Assembly: GCA_016199185.1 (NCBI GenBank)
Contig: JACQHE010000039.1
Location: forward strand, 1-41,943
Source: Candidatus Gottesmanbacteria bacterium
GTDB taxonomy: Bacteria; Patescibacteriota; Microgenomatia; UBA10105; UBA927
Length of the DNA stretch: 41,943 nucleotides
Direction of reading: 5' to 3'
Below the pieces are notes generated by a model. The model was not told the DNA's origin. It did not search any database and saw only the letters and a program-made list of their open reading frames with translations. Position numbers and translations under genes: made by a program. Positions within the stretch are counted from its first letter, which is position 1, and every line of letters begins with the position of its first letter. This document shows positions 36,300 through 41,943 of this stretch, in pieces.

Positions 36300-36301
36300 T
36301 T

Positions 36302-36775
36302 ATGCGAGGAAAACGAGTTACCAGAAAACTTCTTCCGGCCGATCCCATCTATGGGAATCGGCTTTTGACGCGGCTTGTCAACCGTATCATGGAGCGCGGC
36401 AAAAAGCGTGTTGCCGAGGCGCTTGTTTATCGGGCGCTTGAGATCATTAAGGAAAAGGGCGAGGATCCCATAAAAGTTTTTGAGACAGCCGTGGGCACGA
36501 TTGGCCCCAAGATGGAAGTGCGGCCTCGGCGCGTGGGCGGCGCGTCCTACCAGGTGCCGGTGGAAGTGCGTGGCGACCGGCGCGTATCGTTGGCTCTCCG
36601 GTGGCTCGTCGCATTTGCCCATAAGCGAGCGAGCCGCGAGTACAAAACCTACGCAGACAAGCTCGCGGCAGAACTTCTGGATGCGGCCAAAGGAGTGGGG
36701 GAAGCCATTAAAAAGCGCGATACCGTGCAACGCATGGCAGAAGCCAATCGTGCGTTCGCACACTTTAAGTGGTAA
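36302..36775 (+). CDS. rpsG: 30S ribosomal protein S7
   Basis: 157 aa. Contains PDPIYGNRLLTRLVNRIMERGKK and SYQVPVEVR. No Shine-Dalgarno upstream. Confidence 0.95.
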   Translation: MRGKRVTRKLLPADPIYGNRLLTRLVNRIMERGKKRVAEALVYRALEIIKEKGEDPIKVFETAVGTIGPKMEVRPRRVGGASYQVPVEVRGDRRVSLALRWLVAFAHKRASREYKTYADKLAAELLDAAKGVGEAIKKRDTVQRMAEANRAFAHFKW

Positions 36776-37368
36776 TGCAAAAACACATTCTTGCCCATTT
36801 CCGCGCCGTTGACCCCGTGCTTTTTTCTTTGGCCCAGACGATTACTTTTGAAGAGCATCCCATTCGCTCTCCCGATCTCTATTTTGTCAGTCTTTGCTCC
36901 GAAATCATCGGCCAGCAGCTGTCCGGCAGGGTAGCAGATGTGTTGTTTGAGCGCTTTGAGAAGCTCTTTTCCCGCAGGCGCGTCACGCCGCGAGGAGTCC
37001 TTAGACTGTCAGAAGAAACGCTTCGCGGGACGGGTATGAGTTGGTCCAAAGCGCGATTCATCCGCGATCTTGCCCAAAAAGTTCTTTCCAAATCCATCCA
37101 ATTAGCCCAATTACCCGATCAAGATGTCATAAAAGAATTAACGAAAGTCAAAGGCATCGGCCCCTGGACGGCGGAGATGTTCCTCATGTTTACCCTGGGG
37201 CGGGAAGACGTATTTTCCTACGGCGACCTGGGCTTACGCAAAGCGATGAAGAAGTTATACGGTTTCAAAAAAGATCCGACGGTCAGGCAAATGGAGCGTA
37301 TCGTCAACAAGTGGAAACCCTACCGTACCTTCGCCGCCCGCATCCTCTGGAAGAGCCTGGAGCTGTAG
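36775..37368 (+). CDS. HhH-GPD family DNA glycosylase (AlkA / 3-methyladenine glycosylase II-like)
   Basis: ATG overlaps the rpsG stop (TAATG); a GTG at 36769 is also possible. HhH-GPD motif VKGIGPWTAEMFLMF with downstream Asp (YGDLGLRKA). Confidence 0.8.
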   Translation: MQKHILAHFRAVDPVLFSLAQTITFEEHPIRSPDLYFVSLCSEIIGQQLSGRVADVLFERFEKLFSRRRVTPRGVLRLSEETLRGTGMSWSKARFIRDLAQKVLSKSIQLAQLPDQDVIKELTKVKGIGPWTAEMFLMFTLGREDVFSYGDLGLRKAMKKLYGFKKDPTVRQMERIVNKWKPYRTFAARILWKSLEL

Positions 37369-37370
37369 GT

Positions 37371-37425
37371 GTTTTTGTCATCCCGGCCGAAGCCTGCCCC
37401 GTACCCCGATACGGGGAGCCGGGAT
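37371..37425. terminator. nested hairpin between convergent genes; family-C element, intergenic copy
   Basis: Outer stem ATCCCGG (37380-86) / CCGGGAT (37419-25). Inner stem CCCCGTA (37397-403) / TACGGGG (37410-16). The 5' part TGTTTTTGTCATCCCGGCC resembles 38841-38862. Confidence 0.5.
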
Positions 37426-37587
37426 CCATTCTTTCTTGCCCCTATTTCCCTTATCTCCCATATATATCCAAAACTTGCTTTTTGCAGAGATATATCCAGA
37501 CGCTTGCGTTGCAGCGCTTACAGACGTTGAAAAGCAGTTAGCCGCTATGGAGGACGCGTAGGTGGATGATGCCTTTGGTTAATCGAT

Positions 37588-39216
37588 TCATCCAAACGTA
37601 AACGCGTAGAGTTCGACGTTTCCGTCGAGGAACTCTAGCTCCAGAAGATGCTCTCCGGCAGCGGGAAGTTCAATGAGTGTATAGAGCTTGTCAGCATCCA
37701 CATTCACGTCTTTGACAAACGTACCGTCCAGGAGCACCCGGATATTTCCTTGCACCCCTTTGGCTTTCGGCCGCATGACGAGAAACACCTCGGCTGCGTC
37801 GAATCGGAAAGACAGCTTGGCGCCAGCCGATGGCATCGCGTACTCCTCTCCCACGGTCCAGGTGCCGGTGGTGGTGATCCGGGAATAATCTCCTCGCAGC
37901 GAACCCAAATATGTCTCCGGTGTTCTGGCCTGGACGCGATACGAAGGATTGTCGACGGGCGTTGCATCAGTAAGCGATCCGGCTTCTTTGAGGAGCTCCT
38001 GGATCTTCATTTCCGTCTCGTCATACTCACCTTCGCCGAAGTGCGTGTAGCGGATCTTCCCGTTTTTGTCGACCAAATATTTGGCCGGCCAGTACCGGTT
38101 GGCGTAGGCGTTCCAGGTGGCGTAGTCATTGTCCTGCATCACCGGGTAGGTGATGCCGAAGTCGGCGATGGCGCGGGCTACGTTGTCCGGATTTTTTTCA
38201 AACTCAAACTCCGGCGTGTGGACTCCGATGATCACGAGTCCCTTGTCTTTATACTTCGCATGCCAACTTTTGAGGTAGGGAAGTGTTCGAATACAATTTA
38301 TGCACGTATATGTCCAAAAGTCTATGAGTACAACTTGTCCTCGAAGACTTTTTATACTCAAAGAATCAGAATTAAACCATTCACCACCAGCGATGAGTTC
38401 CGGTGCAGTTTCCATAGACGACTCCTTTCTTTGTAATTGTTGTAGTGCATTTCGTACGGGCGAGGTATCCTCGAGCTTGGTCAATCCCGTGCCGTAGTTG
38501 GGGAAGCGGTCGATAATGAAGGCTTGAAACTTCCGGTCTACTTGGAGATATATGCCCACAGCGGTAAGGATCATGAGGATGCCGAACGTTTTTTGGATGC
38601 GGCCGGTGTTGGCGACCAGCCACGGATTTTTGGTCAGGAGACTTCTGCCGCCGTAGGTGATGGCAAGAAGCGGGATCGCCGTTCCGGTAGCATACGCAAG
38701 CGTAATGAAGATCGTATCCGTCGTCACCTGACTTGCCGCCGCAAGCGTGATGATGGAAGCCAAGATCGGCCCCACGCAGGGCGTCCACAGGAGCCCCAGG
38801 CTCGTACCCACAAGTAATCCTCCGAGAAAATCTGAATGATTGTTTTTGTTGTCATTCCCGCCTTCTTTTCTGTCATTCCCGCGAAAGCGGGAATCCAGAG
38901 TTTGTGTTATTCGAGAAAGAATTTTTTCCATCATCACCTGAAACGCGGGAACCAGAAGCGATGCCCCAAATCCCGCGATGAGGATGACCGAAAGCGTCCG
39001 TAGCGCGTCAGCCGAAACATTCGTGGCCTTCACGATAGCAGAAAGAAATAGGGTAAAGAAGGTAAAGCTTGCGATAAATCCCATGACCACGCCCCACGGC
39101 CGCTGTTTTCCGCCGGTGACGGAGCCGGTGAGCACAATCGGCAGAATGGGCAGGATGCACGGGGAAAGGATGGTGACGATACCGCCGAGGAACGCAAATA
39201 TGATGAGCAGTGGCAT
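37588..39216 (-). CDS. DipZ-like protein: CcdA/DsbD-type membrane domain fused to TlpA-like thioredoxin and a C-terminal beta-sandwich domain
   Basis: 542 aa. Membrane Cys motifs LSPC and WTPC, thioredoxin motif WTYTCINC, and a C-terminal ~120-aa beta-rich domain as in mycobacterial DipZ (recollection). Confidence 0.85.
   Translation of the reverse strand: MPLLIIFAFLGGIVTILSPCILPILPIVLTGSVTGGKQRPWGVVMGFIASFTFFTLFLSAIVKATNVSADALRTLSVILIAGFGASLLVPAFQVMMEKILSRITQTLDSRFRGNDRKEGGNDNKNNHSDFLGGLLVGTSLGLLWTPCVGPILASIITLAAASQVTTDTIFITLAYATGTAIPLLAITYGGRSLLTKNPWLVANTGRIQKTFGILMILTAVGIYLQVDRKFQAFIIDRFPNYGTGLTKLEDTSPVRNALQQLQRKESSMETAPELIAGGEWFNSDSLSIKSLRGQVVLIDFWTYTCINCIRTLPYLKSWHAKYKDKGLVIIGVHTPEFEFEKNPDNVARAIADFGITYPVMQDNDYATWNAYANRYWPAKYLVDKNGKIRYTHFGEGEYDETEMKIQELLKEAGSLTDATPVDNPSYRVQARTPETYLGSLRGDYSRITTTGTWTVGEEYAMPSAGAKLSFRFDAAEVFLVMRPKAKGVQGNIRVLLDGTFVKDVNVDADKLYTLIELPAAGEHLLELEFLDGNVELYAFTFG
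38841..38898. repeat. family-C palindromic element inserted in-frame inside the DipZ-like CDS
   Basis: GTCATTCCCGC occurs twice (38851, 38872). Hairpin ATTCCCGC-GAAA-GCGGGAAT at 38875-38894. The gene reads it as LDSRFRGNDRKEGGNDNKNNH (aa 107-127). Confidence 0.65.
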
Positions 39217-39257
39217 GCCATCATGCTACCGGAAGATATTGTAATCTGTCAAACAAA

Positions 39258-40019
39258 TTAGTTTGCAAGCCAGCCGCCGTCGATGTAGAGCGTGGCGCCG
39301 GTGGTGTAGCTTGCTTCCTGGGAGGCGAGGAAGACGACGGCCGCGGCGATTTCTTCGGGCTTTCCGGCCCGTTTGAGTGGCGCCCGGGCGAGCAGCCCTT
39401 CTGCCTGTTTGGGGTCTTTGAGAAGTCCTTCGGTCATCTCTGTTTCAATAACTCCCGGACCGATACAGTTGACGAGGATTCCCATAGGCGCAAGCTCAAT
39501 AGCAAGCGCTTCAGTCATAGCAACGATACCTCCTTTGCTTGCACAGTAGTGCGCAACCGAAGGAAATCCGACGCCTACGCCGCCGGAGGCTATCGAAGCA
39601 ATGTTTATAATTCTTCCCCAGTTATGCCTCGTCATTTCTCGCGCAGCTAGTTGAGCAGACAGAAAATATCCCTTCAGATTGGTGTCGATCGTCTTATCCC
39701 ACTGCTCTTCCGTCATATCCAGAAATGGGACAAACTCGGCAACCCCGGCGTTATTGAGGAGAATATCCAGCCTCCGGTACATTTCTATGGTCTTGGCTAC
39801 AGCAGCAGTAATAGTGTCTTTTTTGGTGACGTCCATCATGACGGGCAAGGATTCACGCCCGAGGGTCACGATTTCCTTGGCAAGTTCTTGGAGTCTGTCC
39901 ACCCGCCGCGCCGCCACCACAACCGTTGCTCCTTGTTTTGCAAGAGCGAGAGCAGAAGCTCTTCCGATGCCACTACTGGCTCCCGTCACAAGTGCTACTT
40001 TTCCGGTCAGATCAAACAT
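39258..40019 (-). CDS. SDR family oxidoreductase (FabG-like)
   Basis: 253 aa. Contains TGASSGIGRA, NNAG and YCASK (YxxxK). Confidence 0.9.
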   Translation of the reverse strand: MFDLTGKVALVTGASSGIGRASALALAKQGATVVVAARRVDRLQELAKEIVTLGRESLPVMMDVTKKDTITAAVAKTIEMYRRLDILLNNAGVAEFVPFLDMTEEQWDKTIDTNLKGYFLSAQLAAREMTRHNWGRIINIASIASGGVGVGFPSVAHYCASKGGIVAMTEALAIELAPMGILVNCIGPGVIETEMTEGLLKDPKQAEGLLARAPLKRAGKPEEIAAAVVFLASQEASYTTGATLYIDGGWLAN

Positions 40020-40023
40020 GGTT

Positions 40024-40650
40024 TTATTGTACTGCTTTCTCTACTGTTTTTTTCAAATCATCAGGACTAACTACTGTGAGTTTCACTCCATTGAAAAAAA
40101 ATGACGGCGTTCCCGGTAGCCCCAATCGGATAGCTGCCGTCTCGTCGCGGTCGATTTTTGCTTTGATTTCTTGCGAGTTTAGCGCCGCATCAAACCGTAC
40201 GCGGTCAAGTTTCAGTTCGTCGGCTAAGCTTGCCCAGAGACTCCCGGAAAGCTTATCCTGATTGTCAAACAGGAGCTTGGCCATCTCCCAAAACTTTCCT
40301 TGTAAACCGGCCGCCTCGGCGGCCATTGCTGCGGGTTTGGCAAACTCGTGTTTTGAGAGCGGAAAATGTCGGTATACGAAGAGAAGTTTATCTGAGTACT
40401 TCGTGACGAGTTCATCGACAACCGGAGAAAATGCATGGCACGCCGGGCACTGGAAGTCAGAAAACTCCACAAGCCAGGCCGAGGCCGACGCATTGCCGAT
40501 GCTGAAGGAGTCAGGAGCGACCAGTTCTTCCCGCGCAAGAGGCTTGGGTGGGGCAGCGGGTTTACTAAAGAAAAAAACCGCGCCGCCGATGATGGCCACT
40601 GTTACCGCCAGAATCCCCAAGAATATTTTTGATTCGCCGGTTAGTCTCAT
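40024..40650 (-). CDS. DsbA-family thiol:disulfide oxidoreductase, membrane-anchored
   Basis: 208 aa with an N-terminal TM helix and the FQCPAC active site. Confidence 0.85.
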   Translation of the reverse strand: MRLTGESKIFLGILAVTVAIIGGAVFFFSKPAAPPKPLAREELVAPDSFSIGNASASAWLVEFSDFQCPACHAFSPVVDELVTKYSDKLLFVYRHFPLSKHEFAKPAAMAAEAAGLQGKFWEMAKLLFDNQDKLSGSLWASLADELKLDRVRFDAALNSQEIKAKIDRDETAAIRLGLPGTPSFFFNGVKLTVVSPDDLKKTVEKAVQ

Positions 40651-41057
40651 TACTTGTTACGATACTCCACCCACGCCAGCGTCGCAATACCCACCATGTT
40701 GACTGCTGAAACCGCGCACCACGTACATACCCCGCGGATGACGAAAAGCTCCGTGTAGGTGAACCATACCACGAAGGCGACGCCGCCGGTTGCAATCCCC
40801 ACGATCCATGGCAAAAGCTGCCTCTCAAGTTTCGTCGATGTAGTTCGAAGAAACGCAAGCGTTGCCAGCATCGTGTATCCCACGAGGCCGTAGCCGGGCA
40901 CCGGTATTCCAAACAGCCGGCTCGCCGGGCTTTTCCGTACGATCTCGCACCCAGAGTTAATGCACACGATGGGTGCGTCTCGCAGAAAACTCTGGAGGAC
41001 ATAGACGGCAATGGCAACACCAGCAATTGATAGAATAAATATCAGACGATTCTTCAT
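40650..41057 (-). CDS. vitamin K epoxide reductase (VKOR) family protein
   Basis: 135 aa with four TM helices. Loop Cys pair CINSGC and CTWC active site. TAATG overlap with the DsbA-like gene. Confidence 0.8.
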   Translation of the reverse strand: MKNRLIFILSIAGVAIAVYVLQSFLRDAPIVCINSGCEIVRKSPASRLFGIPVPGYGLVGYTMLATLAFLRTTSTKLERQLLPWIVGIATGGVAFVVWFTYTELFVIRGVCTWCAVSAVNMVGIATLAWVEYRNK

Positions 41058-41140
41058 ATTTTCTTTTTATATCATTTTGGATAAAAATTATGTGTGATAT
41101 ATTACATCTAAAATAGGTGGATAGATATATATTGTATTGT

Positions 41141-41797
41141 ATGCAGGCACAGGATTTTTTCACTACATATACATCCCTTGCGTATAAAAAAGGTGAGATG
41201 ATTCTTCGGGCGGATGATCCACCGTACGGTGTGTATTATATTGAAAAAGGAGTCGTACGACAGTACGCCATCAACGGTTCCGGTGAAACACTCATGCTTC
41301 AGCTGTATCGACCCGGCGCGTTTTTTCCCATGACGTGGGTCGTCAACGACACGCCCAACCGCTACTTTTTTGAAGCGGCAACCCCTGTCTCCATCCGGCG
41401 CGCGCCGCGCCAAGACGTGCGCAGGTTTTTGGATCAACATCCGCAGGTCGTCAAGGATTTCCTCGAGCGCCTTCTTACCGGAGTTGTTGGCCTCTGGTCG
41501 CGCATTGAGCAGTTGGTGCTTGAGTCCGCCTACGTCAAGACCATCCTCCTTCTCCTTTATTACGCGCGCAAGTTTGGGCAGCGCACCAAGGGGGGAGTAA
41601 CTCTTGAACTATCTCCAACCCATCGGGAGATAGCCGCCTGGATCGGTACCACGCGCGAAACGGCAAGCCTGCAAGTTGAGGCACTTAAGCGAAAAAAACT
41701 CCTTCGTTCCCGCGGTCGACAGCTGATCATTCCATCGCTTGCCGCACTTGAAAAAGAACTCTCCGCCACCCGCCCCGTCCGAGCACCGCACGAATAG
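41141..41797 (+). CDS. Crp/Fnr family transcriptional regulator
   Basis: ATG at 41141 preferred over the GTG at 41117. cNMP-binding-type N-domain (GVYYIEKGVVRQY...GAFF) and C-terminal HTH (REIAAWIGTTRETASLQVEALKRKKLL). Confidence 0.85.
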   Translation: MQAQDFFTTYTSLAYKKGEMILRADDPPYGVYYIEKGVVRQYAINGSGETLMLQLYRPGAFFPMTWVVNDTPNRYFFEAATPVSIRRAPRQDVRRFLDQHPQVVKDFLERLLTGVVGLWSRIEQLVLESAYVKTILLLLYYARKFGQRTKGGVTLELSPTHREIAAWIGTTRETASLQVEALKRKKLLRSRGRQLIIPSLAALEKELSATRPVRAPHE

Positions 41798-41943
41798 TCT
41801 CGTTTGTTGTCCCAACTTCGCCAGTCTTCGAGGCTAAAGTGGTAGTTTGTGGCCACCATATCTTTGACTGTTACTGATGTGTTGGTTGCGCCTCAAGGAG
41901 CCGGAGCTGCCAGCGTGACGCACGATCTTTCCTCGGTCTACCC

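Noticed and set aside
41091-41108. TGTGATATATTACATC in the VKOR/crp divergent spacer as a Crp/Fnr autoregulatory site
   Set aside because: Only the left half resembles TGTGA. The right half (ACATC) matches neither TCACA nor the FNR ATCAA half-site. The ATGT-N10-ACAT symmetry is too weak in an AT-rich spacer.
41798-41943. Partial ORF at the right edge (either strand)
   Set aside because: Both candidate frames are short and lack recognisable motifs, so neither can be supported.
1-41943. Scan for tRNA, rRNA, tmRNA and CRISPR arrays
   Set aside because: No GGTTCGAATCC-type T-arm with matching acceptor stem, no rRNA-like stretch and no regularly spaced 25-40 bp repeats were seen. A tRNAscan/Infernal run would be needed for certainty.

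Overview
A 41.9 kb bacterial chromosomal window with high coding density and many start/stop overlaps (ATGA, TAATG). The flanks look above 50% G+C by eye. The gene content suggests an uncultivated small-genome lineage, CPR/Patescibacteria-like; this is inference only. The supporting genes are a 570-aa AlaRS, a sortase beside a giant surface protein, an archaeal-type AMP/thymidine phosphorylase, and a GND-rich repeat inserted in a CDS. Core genes are ftsK, a rodZ-like gene, alaS, mltG, dus and rpoB-rpoC-rpsL-rpsG. There are three accessory parts. (1) A minus-strand block of small enzymes at 5.3-10.7 kb holds decayed genes: a frameshifted Ldh_2 dehydrogenase, a PIN remnant and a possible EamA remnant. 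It also holds an unannotated 37-aa Cys-rich peptide. (2) A visibly AT-rich island at about 19.3-26.9 kb carries an excisionase-like HTH, DUF3800, a single-polypeptide type IIG restriction-modification enzyme and an AbiJ/HEPN-like gene broken at an A7 tract. The same island also carries a Bro-N/DinD-like paralogue and a pol-beta nucleotidyltransferase with a coupled upstream ORF. (3) A thiol-disulfide module (DipZ-like, DsbA-like, VKOR) sits next to a Crp/Fnr regulator. Non-coding structure includes three dispersed hairpin-repeat families. One family brackets the phosphorylase gene. A second fills the rpsL-rpsG spacer. A third is inserted in-frame in the DipZ-like CDS. There is also a 47-48 bp promoter-like direct repeat heading two island genes and a 30-bp palindrome abutting the tspO start codon. 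I saw no rRNA, tRNA, CRISPR array, transposase or integrase. The best candidates for something new are two. One is the actin-fold/LPKTG/TM/beta-rich protein coupled to a sortase. The other is the AT-rich defence-like island, with its duplicated promoter cassette and slippery-tract Abi gene.
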